A stretch of DNA of 64,000 nucleotides from Acidimicrobiia bacterium (GCA_965220995.1 OZ244856.1:514928-578927), one strand, 5' to 3'. Numbered from the stretch's first letter, positions 36,952 through 47,690 are shown. A program made the numbers and translations. Notes: a model not told the origin generated them from the letters alone.

Positions 36952-38028
36952 GTGAGCGAGGATCTGTTTTCGCGGTTGATCAGGATGTTCAGTCAGCCTG
37001 GACCGGTCAACCTCGATCTCGCCCGGGAAATCTCCCGTCATCTGGCCGGGGAACCACAGCTTCTGAACCCCTGGACCACCGAGGAACTGGTGGAGTTGGT
37101 AAGACTCGCCGAGTACGAGATCTCGGTGGTGGCCCCGTTTTCCTTTCCTCCCGCCTCTGCGGTGATTCCCCTTGGTCCCCGAGAGTGGGGAGACGCCATG
37201 GTGGAGGAACTGGCCGAATTGGTGGAGCCGTTCGCCGCGCCACACGGGGACGATTCCCAAAAATCGTCATGGGGAATGGTGGCCCCGCTGGGACCGGTGC
37301 TGGCCGGCGCGCAGTTGGGCGCCTGGGCAGGCATGGCGGCCGGTCGGGTGATCGGATCCTGCGAAACGGGTCTCCCGGCGGTCTTTTCCAATCGCACCCT
37401 GCTGGTGGCCACCGTGATAGAGGAGTTGGAGGATGAACTGGGGGTGGACGGGCAGCAGATGAGAATGTGGGCGGCGCTGTTCGAGACCGCCCACCGCGCC
37501 GTCTATTCGCTCCCGCACGTAATGGACTCCTATCGCGCCCTCAACGACGCATATGCGGCCGCCGTGCATTTGGCGCCGGAGACTTTGATGGAACAACTGG
37601 GCTCCATGACCGATCCCTCCGCCGTATTGAATCTGAATCTCAGCCCCGATGAGGCAGGACTGTTCGATGTTTCCTCGGCGGGACCGGCTCTTGACAACCT
37701 GCAGGCCTTCACGGGCTTGGTCAATGGAATGGCGCGTCGACTGGTCGCCAAGGCGGGATCACGATTGCTGCCCGATCTGGAGGAGATTGTCGTGCAGCGG
37801 GACCTCGCACTCGGGATGGGAAGCGAAAGCGACTCCAACCCGCTGTTGGTCTCGGTTTCCGCCCAGGCCACCGAGGACGGACTGGATTTCTTGTCCGAGG
37901 TGGAGGAACGGTTCGGACCCTTGGCGGCCGAGCGGGTGTGGCGCCCCGAGGGACTTCCCCTTCCGCAGGAAGTCCACGATCCGGTGGGGTGGGCGGCCCG
38001 GGTACTTTTGGACGATCCCCTTTGGTGA
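36952..38028 (+). CDS. Conserved hypothetical protein (358 aa)
   Basis: GTG start 8 nt after a TACAAT -10 element, suggesting a leaderless mRNA. No HExxH or other diagnostic motif found. Confidence 0.6.
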   Translation: MSEDLFSRLIRMFSQPGPVNLDLAREISRHLAGEPQLLNPWTTEELVELVRLAEYEISVVAPFSFPPASAVIPLGPREWGDAMVEELAELVEPFAAPHGDDSQKSSWGMVAPLGPVLAGAQLGAWAGMAAGRVIGSCETGLPAVFSNRTLLVATVIEELEDELGVDGQQMRMWAALFETAHRAVYSLPHVMDSYRALNDAYAAAVHLAPETLMEQLGSMTDPSAVLNLNLSPDEAGLFDVSSAGPALDNLQAFTGLVNGMARRLVAKAGSRLLPDLEEIVVQRDLALGMGSESDSNPLLVSVSAQATEDGLDFLSEVEERFGPLAAERVWRPEGLPLPQEVHDPVGWAARVLLDDPLW

Positions 38029-38073
38029 GGGGTTAGGATTCCTGCGAAACCCTTCAAAACCAGGAGAAAACAC

Positions 38074-38532
38074 ATGTCGGCACAGGTTGGCTCAATCGCT
38101 CCCTCCTTCTCTCTGAAGGACCAGGACGGAAATGAAGTGTCCTTGGACAACTTGCCCCGGAGCAAAACGTTGGTGGTATTCATTCCCTTCCCTTTCACCG
38201 GCATCTGTGAGGGGGAACTGTGCGAGTTGCGCGATCACCTTGACGAACTGTCGAACATGGATGCCCGGGTGGTGGTCATCACTTGCGACACTCGCTACTC
38301 CAACAAGAAGTGGGCCGATGAGAACGGTTTCAACTTTCCCATTCTCTCCGATTTCTGGCCCCACGGCGAGACCGCCCGGCAATACGGATGTTTCAACGAG
38401 ACCCTGGGGGTGGCCCGGCGGGCCTCCTACGTGCTCGACTCAGATCGGGTGGTGAGGGAGATCATCGCCACGGAGAGTCTCGGCACTGCCCGCGACATCC
38501 AGAGCTACGACCAGGCTCTCCAACGCATTTAG
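38074..38532 (+). CDS. 1-Cys peroxiredoxin, AhpE-like (AhpC/TSA family)
   Basis: FIPFPFTGICEGELCELRDHL resembles mycobacterial AhpE (FPLAFTGICQGELDQLRDHL). 152 aa. Confidence 0.8.
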   Translation: MSAQVGSIAPSFSLKDQDGNEVSLDNLPRSKTLVVFIPFPFTGICEGELCELRDHLDELSNMDARVVVITCDTRYSNKKWADENGFNFPILSDFWPHGETARQYGCFNETLGVARRASYVLDSDRVVREIIATESLGTARDIQSYDQALQRI

Positions 38533-38559
38533 CTTTGCGGGCGTGGCTCGCCCGGACTT

Positions 38560-38751
38560 CTAGGAGTCCGAGGAAGTCTCCTCGCCCGCCTCGGTGGCCT
38601 CGGCCGCCCGGGCGCCCTCTTCCACCCCTTTGCGAAACTCGCGGGCGGACGATCCCAGGGACCGCGCCAGCTTGGGAAGTTTGGAGGCCCCGAACAGCAA
38701 CAGCAATATCGCGGCAATGATCAGCAGTTCCTGGGGTCTCAAACCGAACAA
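38560..38751 (-). CDS. tatA: Twin-arginine translocase subunit TatA/E
   Basis: MFGLRPQELLIIAAILLLLFGASKLPKLARSLGSSAREFRKG is the canonical TatA TM plus amphipathic helix. Confidence 0.8.
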   Translation of the reverse strand: MFGLRPQELLIIAAILLLLFGASKLPKLARSLGSSAREFRKGVEEGARAAEATEAGEETSSDS

Positions 38752-38797
38752 CGTCTTCTCCTTTTAGGGTGTTCTCCGCTCCCGTACGGGGCGAAGG

Positions 38798-39706
38798 TCA
38801 ACCCAAGGCTAACGCATCCAAGGCCTTCTGAAGCCTTTCCCGGGTGACAAACCGTATCCGGGGATCCCGCCGCTCCAGTTGGTACACCGAAAAGGGCCCG
38901 TATTTCTCGGTCACCAGCATCCCCTTGGCCATGGGGGATTTGGCGTTGTCCATGACAAACCGGTGCAGGTCTGCGTCGGACAGTTCGGGATAGGAACCCG
39001 GGGTGTGCGGAACCTCCCGCACCAGAACGGTGGCCGCCCCTTTGCGGGCATGATGGGTGTGAGGATCGGGTCCGGCAGTGATCGTGTAGCCCCGCAGAGC
39101 CAAAATGCCCCGCACCAGCTCCCCGGCGGTCATGCGATCGGGATCCACTCCCTGCAGTCGAAGAGCGGCCGCCGCTTGACTGGAAACCCGCAGGAAAGAT
39201 CCCAATGGCGCCAGTTTTTCCCCGGCATCCCTCCCGGCGGGAACTCTCGAGCCGGACGACGCTTTGAAGTCACTGTCCAGGGGGTCGTCCATGACTTCCG
39301 AGAGCTTCACGATCTCGGGTACCGGCAGATCTTCGGGAAGACGTCCCGGCGCCTCGAAGGAGACGGTTCCAACCTTCCTTGACCTTCCTCGGTGGGAAAC
39401 CCATACCTCCACCCCTTCGGTGTCCTGCAGGGGAAGTTCCCGGCGGGCCCGACGCACCGCCTCCAATGCGTAGTAGTTCAGTAGTTCGGCCAGGATGGGA
39501 TCATCCCCCGCCACCGGGATTCCGAAAGTGACCCGGACAATGTCCCCTGAGACCGAAAGATCCTCGATGTTGGGTAAGGGCGTGAGCGGATCGGGTTCCG
39601 AATCGGCCGCCGTGGCGGGACGAAAGCGGCGGAACAAGCGGACCAGCACAATGACCAGGCCCGCCAAGGCCAACGCCAGCACCAGGATGGTCATCAGATC
39701 GTTCAA
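38798..39706 (-). CDS. Membrane-anchored hypothetical protein (302 aa)
   Basis: N-terminal TM helix then a soluble domain. Co-directional with whiB and tatA. No family recognised. Confidence 0.55.
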   Translation of the reverse strand: MNDLMTILVLALALAGLVIVLVRLFRRFRPATAADSEPDPLTPLPNIEDLSVSGDIVRVTFGIPVAGDDPILAELLNYYALEAVRRARRELPLQDTEGVEVWVSHRGRSRKVGTVSFEAPGRLPEDLPVPEIVKLSEVMDDPLDSDFKASSGSRVPAGRDAGEKLAPLGSFLRVSSQAAAALRLQGVDPDRMTAGELVRGILALRGYTITAGPDPHTHHARKGAATVLVREVPHTPGSYPELSDADLHRFVMDNAKSPMAKGMLVTEKYGPFSVYQLERRDPRIRFVTRERLQKALDALALG

Positions 39707-39748
39707 GTTTTCCCCCTAACTCTCGGACTCTGCAATCGTACCGACCGA

Positions 39749-40024
39749 TCAGGAGGCGACGGCCGTCCTCTTTGCCCGGTCATGCCGCACCCGGCGACGC
39801 TCCCGTTCGGACAGCCCACCCCAGATCCCGAACCTCTCACCTTGCTCCAAGGCGAATTCCAGGCACTCGATCTTCACCTCGCACTCGGCGCAGATCGCCT
39901 TGGCCTTGCGAGTGGAAGAACCCCGTTCGGGAAAAAACAGGTCGGCGTCGGCCCCCAGGCAGTTGGCATAATTCTGCCAGTCCACCGGCCCGGTGTTGAA
40001 TGCTTCTATCAAACTACGTCGCAT
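39749..40024 (-). CDS. whiB: WhiB-family transcriptional regulator (Fe-S, Wbl)
   Basis: Four Cys (CLGADADLFFPE...CAECEVKIECLEFAL) and the GIWGG turn with basic tail. Confidence 0.85.
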   Translation of the reverse strand: MRRSLIEAFNTGPVDWQNYANCLGADADLFFPERGSSTRKAKAICAECEVKIECLEFALEQGERFGIWGGLSERERRRVRHDRAKRTAVAS

Positions 40025-40041
40025 CTAACCAATCCCTCTTT

Positions 40042-40080
40042 CCATGGCCATGGTCCATTCATTTGGGTGTTATTACACCC
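40042..40080. promoter_or_regulatory. Two perfect palindromes in the whiB/sdhC divergent intergenic region: CCATGGCCATGG (40042-40053) and GGGTGTtattACACCC (40065-40080)
   Basis: Read directly from the sequence. AT-richer context between divergent genes. Candidate operator or promoter elements. Confidence 0.35.
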
Positions 40081-40127
40081 GTGTAACTACAAGGAGGAAA
40101 TATATAGCAAAGCCGGCAAGTTGTCAA

Positions 40128-40919
40128 ATGGGAACGGATGTGAGGAAGAATCCCAGGGATCCGTTTACAATTCAGGGTGCTCATGTTGTGCCGGAAGCTG
40201 TGACCGTCAAGCAAGTCGCCCCCCCGCGGCGGGCGCCCTGGCCCCTTGCGTTCTATCGGTCGGCGGTGGGGAAAAAGTGGGTGATGGGCGTCACCGGCAT
40301 TGCTCTTCTGGCTTTCGTTCTGGCCCACATGATCGGCAACCTCAAGGTCTACCTGGGTGACGGCCAATTGAACTCCTACGCCCATTTCTTACGAGAACTT
40401 CTGTACCCCCTCCTGCCCAAGACCGTCACCTTGTGGATCATGCGCACCGGACTGGTGGCCGTCTTCCTGCTCCACATCCATGCCGCGGCCAGCCTCACCA
40501 TGGCCAACCGGCGGGCCAACGTCGCCTATCGGGGACCGCGGGACTACGCGGTGGCCAGTTACGCCTCCCGCACCATGCGCTACAGCGGAGTGATCATCGG
40601 GATCTTTCTGCTGTGGCATCTGGCCGACCTGACCTGGGGGATGACTCCCATGGCGCCGGAGGGATGGGTGGCCGGAGAGGTGGAAGCCAACCTGGGGGCG
40701 TCCTTGTCGCGGGGAGGGGTGGCGATTCTCTACATCGTCGCCAACCTCCTGCTCGGAATTCACATCTATCACGGCGCCTGGTCGCTGTTCCAGAGTCTGG
40801 GACTGGCCAACCCCGCCTACCACCGCGGGCGGCGGTGGTTTGCGAGAGCCTTCGCGGCGGTGATCGTGGTGGGCAACGTCAGCATCCCGGTGGCGGTGTG
40901 GGCGGGTCTTGTGGGATGA
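40128..40919 (+). CDS. sdhC: Succinate dehydrogenase/fumarate reductase cytochrome b subunit
   Basis: Polytopic membrane protein with conserved His. Its stop overlaps the sdhA start (ATGA). The start is uncertain: the ATG at 40128 is 30 nt from an AGGAGG, and an in-frame ATA at 40104 sits 6 nt from that SD. Confidence 0.75.
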   Translation: MGTDVRKNPRDPFTIQGAHVVPEAVTVKQVAPPRRAPWPLAFYRSAVGKKWVMGVTGIALLAFVLAHMIGNLKVYLGDGQLNSYAHFLRELLYPLLPKTVTLWIMRTGLVAVFLLHIHAAASLTMANRRANVAYRGPRDYAVASYASRTMRYSGVIIGIFLLWHLADLTWGMTPMAPEGWVAGEVEANLGASLSRGGVAILYIVANLLLGIHIYHGAWSLFQSLGLANPAYHRGRRWFARAFAAVIVVGNVSIPVAVWAGLVG

Positions 40920-42841
40920 ATTCGGTGAAACTGTCCCCCAGAGTTCCCTCCGGGTCCTTGGAGGAGGGCTGGGAGAACCACAAATTCTCCATCAAGCTGG
41001 TAAACCCCGCCAACAAACGCCGATTTCGCATCATCGTGATCGGCTCCGGCCTGGCCGGCGCCTCGGCGGCGGCCACCCTGGCGGAACTCGGCTATCAGGT
41101 GGACGTGTTCACTTTCCACGACAGTCCCCGCCGCGCTCACTCCATAGCCGCCCAGGGGGGAATCAACGCCGCCAAGAACTACCGCAACGACGGCGACTCG
41201 GTGTTCCGACTGTTCTACGACACCATCAAGGGAGGCGACTTCCGCTCCCGGGAGGCCAATGTCTACCGGCTGGCGGACCTCTCCCTGAACATCATCGATC
41301 AGGCCACCGCCCAGGGAGTACCCTTCGCCCGGGAATACGGGGGGCTTCTGGACAACCGTTCCTTCGGCGGGGCCCAGGTGTCCCGCACCTTTTATTCCCG
41401 CGGTCAGACCGGTCAGCAATTGCTGCTGGGGGCCTATCAGGCCATGGCCCGCCAGGTGGGGCTGGGAACGGTGAAACTGTGGGTGCGCACCGAGTTCATG
41501 GACGTGGTGACCAAGGAGGGCCGGGCCGTGGGAGTGGTGGTGCGGGACCTTCTGACCGGCGAGATCAGTTCCCATTCGGCTCATGCGGTGGTGCTGGCCA
41601 CCGGGGGCTACTCCAATGTCTACTACCTGTCCACCAACGCCATGACCTGCAACGTCACCGCCGCCTGGCGCGCCCATCGGCGGGGAGCGGCGTTCGCCAA
41701 CCCCTGCTACACCCAAATCCACCCCACCTGCATACCGGCCTCGGAGGAGTTTCAGTCCAAGCTCACCCTGATGTCGGAATCCCTGCGCAACGACGGCCGG
41801 GTGTGGGTGCCCGAATCGCCCGACGACCAGCGGCCCCCCGACCAGATCCCCGACGGGGAACGGGACTACTACCTGGAACGGACCTATCCCTCCTTCGGCA
41901 ACCTGGTGCCAAGGGACGTCGCCTCCCGGGCCGCCAAACGCATGGTGGACGACGGACATGGCGTGGGGACTCGAAAAAATGGCGTCTACCTGGACTTTCG
42001 GGATGCCATAGCGCGACTTGGCCAACCCGCTGTCGCCGCCCGGTACGGCAACCTGATGGAAATGTACGAGCGGATAACCGACGAGGACCCCTACCGGATG
42101 CCCATGCGCATCTATCCCGCCCCCCACTACACGATGGGAGGGTTGTGGGTGGACTACAACCTGATGACCACCATTCCCGGGTTGTACGCCCTGGGTGAGG
42201 CCAACTTTTCCGACCACGGCGCCAACCGGCTGGGCGCCTCGGCCCTGATGCAGGGGCTGGCGGACGGCTATTTCGTTCTTCCCTACACCATCGGCGACTA
42301 CCTGGCCGACTTCCTCAACGAGGAACCCCCCTCCGCCTCCGATCCGGCCTTCGCCCGGGCCGAGGCCGAACTGGAAGACCGCATGTCCCGTTTACTCGCC
42401 CTCAACGGCAACCGCACCGTGGACGATTTTCACCGGCGACTGGGGCGGGTGGTGTGGGACCATTGCGGCATGTCCCGCAGCCGGGCCGGCCTTGATCAGG
42501 CTCTGTCCGACCTGCCCGACCTTTACGGTGAGTTTCACGCTTCCGCCCGGGTGCCCGGTGACGGGGAAAGCCTCAACCAGACCTTGGAAAAGGCCGCCCG
42601 CCTCGAGGACTTTTTCGAGTTGGCCATGGCCATGTGCGTGGACGCCCGGCACCGGGAGGAGTCCTGCGGGGGGCATTTCCGGGAGGAATTCCAAACCGAC
42701 CAGGGTGAGGCAGTGCGGGATGACCGGAACTTTGCCAGCGTGTCGGCCTGGTTGTGGACCGGTGACCCGGCCCGGCCGGAACTGGCGTCGGAGCCCCTGG
42801 AATTCGAAAACGTGGAACTGAGCACCCGGAGCTACAAATGA
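40916..42841 (+). CDS. sdhA: Succinate dehydrogenase flavoprotein subunit
   Basis: FAD motif [13 protein letters not shown] and the covalent-FAD His region [12 protein letters not shown]. ~640 aa from MNSVKLSP; the longer ORF-track entry is over-extended. Confidence 0.9.
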   Translation: MNSVKLSPRVPSGSLEEGWENHKFSIKLVNPANKRRFRIIVIGSGLAGASAAATLAELGYQVDVFTFHDSPRRAHSIAAQGGINAAKNYRNDGDSVFRLFYDTIKGGDFRSREANVYRLADLSLNIIDQATAQGVPFAREYGGLLDNRSFGGAQVSRTFYSRGQTGQQLLLGAYQAMARQVGLGTVKLWVRTEFMDVVTKEGRAVGVVVRDLLTGEISSHSAHAVVLATGGYSNVYYLSTNAMTCNVTAAWRAHRRGAAFANPCYTQIHPTCIPASEEFQSKLTLMSESLRNDGRVWVPESPDDQRPPDQIPDGERDYYLERTYPSFGNLVPRDVASRAAKRMVDDGHGVGTRKNGVYLDFRDAIARLGQPAVAARYGNLMEMYERITDEDPYRMPMRIYPAPHYTMGGLWVDYNLMTTIPGLYALGEANFSDHGANRLGASALMQGLADGYFVLPYTIGDYLADFLNEEPPSASDPAFARAEAELEDRMSRLLALNGNRTVDDFHRRLGRVVWDHCGMSRSRAGLDQALSDLPDLYGEFHASARVPGDGESLNQTLEKAARLEDFFELAMAMCVDARHREESCGGHFREEFQTDQGEAVRDDRNFASVSAWLWTGDPARPELASEPLEFENVELSTRSYK

Positions 42842-43599
42842 ATATCACCCTGCGGGTATGGCGACAGGCGGGTCCCTCCCGGGACGGTCGCTTTGAAACC
42901 TACGAGGTGCCGGACATCTCCTCTCACATGTCGTTTCTGGAGATGCTGGATGTTCTGAACGAACGGCTCACCCTGGAAGGTGAGGAGCCTATCGCGTTTG
43001 ATTCGGACTGTCGGGAGGGGATATGCGGCACCTGCGGAGTGGTGATAAACGGCCGCGCCCACGGCCCCCGGGCCCGGACCGCCACCTGCCAACTCCATAT
43101 GAGAAGCTTTTCCGATGGCGACACGATCACGGTCGAACCGTGGCGGGCCGAAGCCTTTGGGATCATACGCGACCTGATGGTGGATCGTTCGGCGTTTGAT
43201 CGGATCATCGAGGCGGGAGGCTTCATTACCGTCGCCACCGGTTCGGCGCCCGAGGCCAACCTGACCCCGGTGCCCAAGGAAACCGCCGAAACCGCCTTCG
43301 ACGCGGCGGCCTGCATCGGCTGCGGCGCCTGCGTGGCCGCCTGTCCCAACTCGGCCGCCCAATTGTTCACCGCAGCCAAGGTTTCCCACCTCAACCTGCT
43401 GCCCCAGGGAAGCGCCGAGCGCCACGTCCGAACCAGACGCATGGTCGACACCATGGAGCAGTTCTTCGGATCCTGCACCAATCACGGTGAGTGCGAAGCC
43501 GCCTGTCCCAAGCAGATTTCCATCGACTTCATCGCCCTGATGAACCGCGACTACGTAAGAGCCCTGCTCAAGGGTCGCGGAACAGGCGACCAGGGCTGA
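42838..43599 (+). CDS. sdhB: Succinate dehydrogenase iron-sulfur subunit
   Basis: 2Fe-2S ([10 protein letters not shown]) and 4Fe-4S/3Fe-4S ([12 protein letters not shown]...[12 protein letters not shown]) motifs. Confidence 0.9.
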   Translation: MNITLRVWRQAGPSRDGRFETYEVPDISSHMSFLEMLDVLNERLTLEGEEPIAFDSDCREGICGTCGVVINGRAHGPRARTATCQLHMRSFSDGDTITVEPWRAEAFGIIRDLMVDRSAFDRIIEAGGFITVATGSAPEANLTPVPKETAETAFDAAACIGCGACVAACPNSAAQLFTAAKVSHLNLLPQGSAERHVRTRRMVDTMEQFFGSCTNHGECEAACPKQISIDFIALMNRDYVRALLKGRGTGDQG

Positions 43600-43612
43600 G
43601 TCTTCACAGGCC

Positions 43613-44503
43613 GTGTGGGAAGTACCGGAACCGTCGTCAATCGGGCGGGCGCGCATGGCGGACGGGACAACCATCGTCCTCCGTCGCCACGGCAACCCCG
43701 ACGGACCCAGACTGGTTCTGACCCACGGCAACGGCTTGGCTGCCGACCTCTACTACCCCTTCTGGTCTCTTCTGGCCGACGATTTTGATGTGATCCTGTA
43801 TGACCTCCGGAACCATGGGTGGAACGAGATCGGGCCGATCGAAAAGCACAACATGCCTTCCTTTGTGGATGATCATGACCGCACCATGGAGGCCGTCGAT
43901 CATCAATTCGGAGAAAAACCCAAGGTGGGAGTGTTTCACTCGGTCTCGGCCCTGATATCGCTCTTGTCCCCCACCGGTGGGACCGCTCTGGCCGGACGCT
44001 TTCTTTTCGATCCGCCGCTTTGCAAACCGGGCAGAAGCCACCAGCAAATGGAAGAGGCGGCCAACCACACCGCCAAAGTGGCCCGCGTCCGCGCGGAGCG
44101 ATTCCCCACCCGGGAAGACTTTTCGTTTCTCCTGGGATTCTCCCCCCTGTTTTCCCGGGTGGCGCCCGGTGTGTTGGATCTGATGGCGGACACCACGCTT
44201 CGCAAGAGCCCGAAAGGCCAGGACTACCAACTGCGATGTCCCAAGGAATACGAGGCCCGGATTGTGGAGTACGCGGGAATCTTCTCGGTCCTGGTGGACC
44301 TTGACGCCCTGAAGTCTCCCACCAAGGTGCTGGGGGCCGACCCGACTCTGCCTTTTTCCTACCTGCCCACCCTGGACCTGAACGACATCATGACGGTGGA
44401 CTATGACTTTGTCCCCGATGCGACTCACTTTTTGCAGCTTGAACAGCCCGAGGTTTGCGCCGCGGCACTTAGGGAATTCGTCAACAAGGTGTCCGGCGGC
44501 TGA
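43613..44503 (+). CDS. Alpha/beta-fold hydrolase
   Basis: LVLTHGNG oxyanion region and nucleophile elbow GVFHSVSA. The true start may be the Met at 43655. Confidence 0.7.
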   Translation: MWEVPEPSSIGRARMADGTTIVLRRHGNPDGPRLVLTHGNGLAADLYYPFWSLLADDFDVILYDLRNHGWNEIGPIEKHNMPSFVDDHDRTMEAVDHQFGEKPKVGVFHSVSALISLLSPTGGTALAGRFLFDPPLCKPGRSHQQMEEAANHTAKVARVRAERFPTREDFSFLLGFSPLFSRVAPGVLDLMADTTLRKSPKGQDYQLRCPKEYEARIVEYAGIFSVLVDLDALKSPTKVLGADPTLPFSYLPTLDLNDIMTVDYDFVPDATHFLQLEQPEVCAAALREFVNKVSGG

Positions 44504-44542
44504 GTCCTACGGGAAGACCCCGGGCAGGCGCCTCGCACCCTG

Positions 44543-45616
44543 CTAGGTTCTGTCCACCTTCACCATGACTACATCAAGGCCGTGGTACTTTTGGTGCCGG
44601 ACCACCGACGCATAATGCCGCAACAGGCGAAAGGACACTTCTTCTTCGTCCCATGCCGGGATTTCATCATCCAGGTTGGCCAGCCGGTTTTCCAGGTTCT
44701 CATCGCCGGGCGCCGTAACGAACTCCATTTCCACAGAGTCGGGGCCGGGATGCACCGAAACCATAAGTTTGGCCGGCTCATCGGCGGGAAAACGGGCGCC
44801 CTCCTGCAGGCTCAGCAGGGCCTCCTCGCCCGCCGAACGCAATTTGCGGACCGAGAGTCCGTCCCAGCCGTGGTCGGCGGCCACCTTCCGGAGGAGCGTG
44901 TCTATCCCGGTGAAGGCCGAATCGTTGAGGACCGTTCGCAATCGTCGAGGTCGCGGCCCCACCGACCTCAAGAAGAAGGACATCCCGATCGCAATCCCGG
45001 CGCCCAGAGTGAGACCGTCCCCCAGCAGCGTATCCCAGGGGGGCGGAAGGACTCCTGCCAGAATATCCTGTTGCATCATGCCCACCCCCACCGCGTAGGC
45101 CAGTCCCACCGACACCATGTCCTGGGCATTCAGACCTCCGCGCGCCACGGTGTGCACCCCTTCCATGAAAAGCGTGGCGGTTACGAACAGCAGGACTGCT
45201 CCCATGACGGGGCTCGGGATGGCCAACAGGGCGGCGGTGGCCTTGGGGAGCAGGGCCAGGGCCACCAGGATCGACCCCATGGCGTAGCCGACCCGGCGAG
45301 ACGCCACCCCCGTCAGACGCAGCAGCGACACGCTGGAAGACGAATAGGCGGTGGTGGGCAGAACGCCGGCCAGGCCGGACAACAGGATTCCCACACCGTT
45401 GGCGTAGATCGCTCCCTGAATGGAACGGTGATCGACAGCCTGCCTCCGGCGGTAGGACACCTGCTGAACCGCCATGTTGTCGCCGATGTTCTTGATGGCC
45501 TGCACCAGGGTCACCACCAGGAACATCGGTAAGAGCGCCCAGACCTCGCCGCTGATCGTCAGATCCACTCCCCCGAAGCCGACTGTAGGCAAACCGAACC
45601 AAGGCGCTTCCAGCAC
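44543..45616 (-). CDS. Permease (NCS2/SulP-like, APC superfamily), C-terminal half with a cytoplasmic C-terminal domain; possibly the downstream part of a frameshifted gene
   Basis: Multiple TM helices then a ~120-aa soluble tail. Overlaps the upstream ORF in a different frame by 58 nt. Confidence 0.5.
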   Translation of the reverse strand: MLEAPWFGLPTVGFGGVDLTISGEVWALLPMFLVVTLVQAIKNIGDNMAVQQVSYRRRQAVDHRSIQGAIYANGVGILLSGLAGVLPTTAYSSSSVSLLRLTGVASRRVGYAMGSILVALALLPKATAALLAIPSPVMGAVLLFVTATLFMEGVHTVARGGLNAQDMVSVGLAYAVGVGMMQQDILAGVLPPPWDTLLGDGLTLGAGIAIGMSFFLRSVGPRPRRLRTVLNDSAFTGIDTLLRKVAADHGWDGLSVRKLRSAGEEALLSLQEGARFPADEPAKLMVSVHPGPDSVEMEFVTAPGDENLENRLANLDDEIPAWDEEEVSFRLLRHYASVVRHQKYHGLDVVMVKVDRT

Positions 45617-46272
45617 TTTTGGTAGTCATACAGCCCAAAGGGGACAGCCGCCACACAACCGGTGGTGATCCCGATCAGCAATGCCCACAGCCGCCAGGTC
45701 CCTTTGGCCCGGAGCACCAGGATGGTGACCGCCGCCAAGGTGATCAACGCCACCACCAATCCGGCGGCCTGGGACCCCCCCGGCGTCACTTCGGTGAGTC
45801 GATTCACCGAAAAGGGAAGCGTAATGGTGGCGATCAGCATCAGCACGGTTCCGGATACCACCGGGGTAACCACCTTGCGGAGCACCGGCAACCACCTGGC
45901 CACCATCAGGTAGAAGAGCGCGGACAGAACGATCAGGCTCGCCAGACCGGCCGATCCACCCACTTCCAGGGCCAGAATCGACACCGCAATGTAATTGGGG
46001 GAAACGCCGGTGATCAAGACGTGACCACCCCCCACCCTCCCGATACTGGCCGCCTGCAGCCCGCAAATGACCCCGCACACCGTCAGGGCCGCGAAGACGG
46101 ACCACTCCAGGGTTTCGGCGCTTTGCCCCGCTGACGCGGCCGCAATGGCCGTGAACAGGACAATGATGGCCAGCACGGTCATCACGCCCTGCATCCCCAC
46201 CCCGCCCGCCAACCACACGGAACATTTCTCCTCCGGCTGGTAGCGAATGCCTTCGTTCACCGGGGCTGACAT
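45559..46272 (-). CDS. Permease N-terminal half (NCS2-like GMQGVMTVLAIIVLF block), continuous with 44543-45616 apart from a frame change
   Basis: 237-aa membrane ORF whose C-terminus overlaps the next ORF. Together they would give a ~590-aa transporter. Confidence 0.5.
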   Translation of the reverse strand: MSAPVNEGIRYQPEEKCSVWLAGGVGMQGVMTVLAIIVLFTAIAAASAGQSAETLEWSVFAALTVCGVICGLQAASIGRVGGGHVLITGVSPNYIAVSILALEVGGSAGLASLIVLSALFYLMVARWLPVLRKVVTPVVSGTVLMLIATITLPFSVNRLTEVTPGGSQAAGLVVALITLAAVTILVLRAKGTWRLWALLIGITTGCVAAVPFGLYDYQKCWKRLGSVCLQSASGEWI

Positions 46273-46275
46273 TAG

Positions 46276-47082
46276 CTACCCGTTGCGGCGCTCCTTCCCC
46301 AGCCCCGCCGCCCCGGATGCGGTGCTGGTTTCAAAAACCACCGCCAAGGCCATTTCCCGGTCTCCCAGGTCTTCCACCTGCCAGGTGGCGGCCGACAGGA
46401 GCGGATAGTGAAAAGTCCCGCTTCGCCCGCCCCCGAGTATCTCCGCCGGAGCCTGAAACCGGACAAAGTCGGTGTGGAGACCCGTGCCCCACGCCTTGAC
46501 GAGGGCCTCTTTGATAGTCCAGAACCGCAGAAAGGTCGCCAACCAGGCTTCTCCGGTCAGACCGGCCAGGATCTGCTGTTCGTCCGGACCGAAGAGTGTT
46601 CCAGCCAGTCCCGGGAGGCTTGGGCGGGTTCTTTTCTCCTCCACATCCACCCCCACCCTTCCCTGCCCGGACAGGGCGAACACTCCCACCGCGCCGCTGT
46701 GGCTGAGGTTGAAATCGATCGGCGCCCGCACCCCATCCTTCCGGACAAACGGTTTGGCACGCTCTTCGAGGTCGAACGTCAAATCCCGGTTCTCGCACCC
46801 CAGTCTGCTACTCAGCTCCACTCGAAGGGCCGCCCGACACAGGACGAACTGTCGGCGAGGGAGCGAATGGCGAAATCTTCGACACCGGCGACGCTCTTCC
46901 TCAACCAACCAGCCCCAGGCTGCGGCTTCCCGCGCGGGGTTCCTGCTCAAATCAACGCGAAAAACCTCAACCGGACCGGTCGAGGCATACGTCTGCCACC
47001 ATCGCTGGGCGTGAGCGACAGGATGTGGATCGGGCGGTAGGTTCGCCCGGGTCAGGTCCTTACCCTCCCCGGCAAGGACCAA
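46276..47082 (-). CDS. 4'-phosphopantetheinyl transferase (Sfp-type)
   Basis: IDFNLSHSGAVGVFALS...GVDVE and WTIKEALVKAWG motifs. The N-terminus is probably 20-30 aa shorter than the ORF. Confidence 0.75.
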   Translation of the reverse strand: MVLAGEGKDLTRANLPPDPHPVAHAQRWWQTYASTGPVEVFRVDLSRNPAREAAAWGWLVEEERRRCRRFRHSLPRRQFVLCRAALRVELSSRLGCENRDLTFDLEERAKPFVRKDGVRAPIDFNLSHSGAVGVFALSGQGRVGVDVEEKRTRPSLPGLAGTLFGPDEQQILAGLTGEAWLATFLRFWTIKEALVKAWGTGLHTDFVRFQAPAEILGGGRSGTFHYPLLSAATWQVEDLGDREMALAVVFETSTASGAAGLGKERRNG

Positions 47083-47107
47083 ACCGGATTATTGCTCGGG
47101 TGGGAGA

Positions 47108-47353
47108 TCAGGCTGCGTCGGCGTCCAGACGCGCGATGAGTTCCCGGGTCGTGTTGATGGTGGCCCAAGTGTCGGCGCCGAACTCGACGTTGAACTCGGC
47201 GTCCAACAGCTTGGCGAACGCCAGGAAATCCAACGATGAAACTCCCGATTCCCGGAGGCTCGAATCCAAATCCAACGGGCGACCCATGGACCGACCTTCA
47301 ATATCCAGGTGCTCGTCGACCAGTTTCATGATCCTCTCCTCGGTGGTAGCCAT
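47108..47353 (-). CDS. Stand-alone acyl/peptidyl carrier protein
   Basis: 81 aa. Phosphopantetheine attachment motif LGVSSLDFLAF. AGGAGG RBS 7 nt upstream. Confidence 0.75.
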   Translation of the reverse strand: MATTEERIMKLVDEHLDIEGRSMGRPLDLDSSLRESGVSSLDFLAFAKLLDAEFNVEFGADTWATINTTRELIARLDADAA

Positions 47354-47690
47354 GTGGACCTCCTGCTAGCAATAAGTTGGCTTAGGTCAAAAAGCCTAGT
47401 CCAATGGATCAGACCCAATGTCTCCTTCTCCGGAAAGGATACCCGAGTACCTCCGCCGGGGTCGGCAATCGGTGATCACATCCGTGACCACTGGGATGAC
47501 ATCTGCGACCGCGCCTGCCTCACCGAGTCGGACAGAGACTGGCTATGGGAACGCCAGTTTCTCAACCCCTTCGCTTTGGAAGGCTACGAAAAGAAGATCC
47601 CATAACCGTTGATCGGCCAATGTGAAACTGCGATGCAAGATATCCGGGAGTGCTACTTACACCTCAAACAGCCGGCATCACCCGGGACAC

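Noticed and set aside
36952-38028. Zinc metalloprotease (DUF2342-type) assignment for the 358-aa protein
   Set aside because: No HExxH or other metal-binding motif in the sequence. Left as conserved hypothetical.
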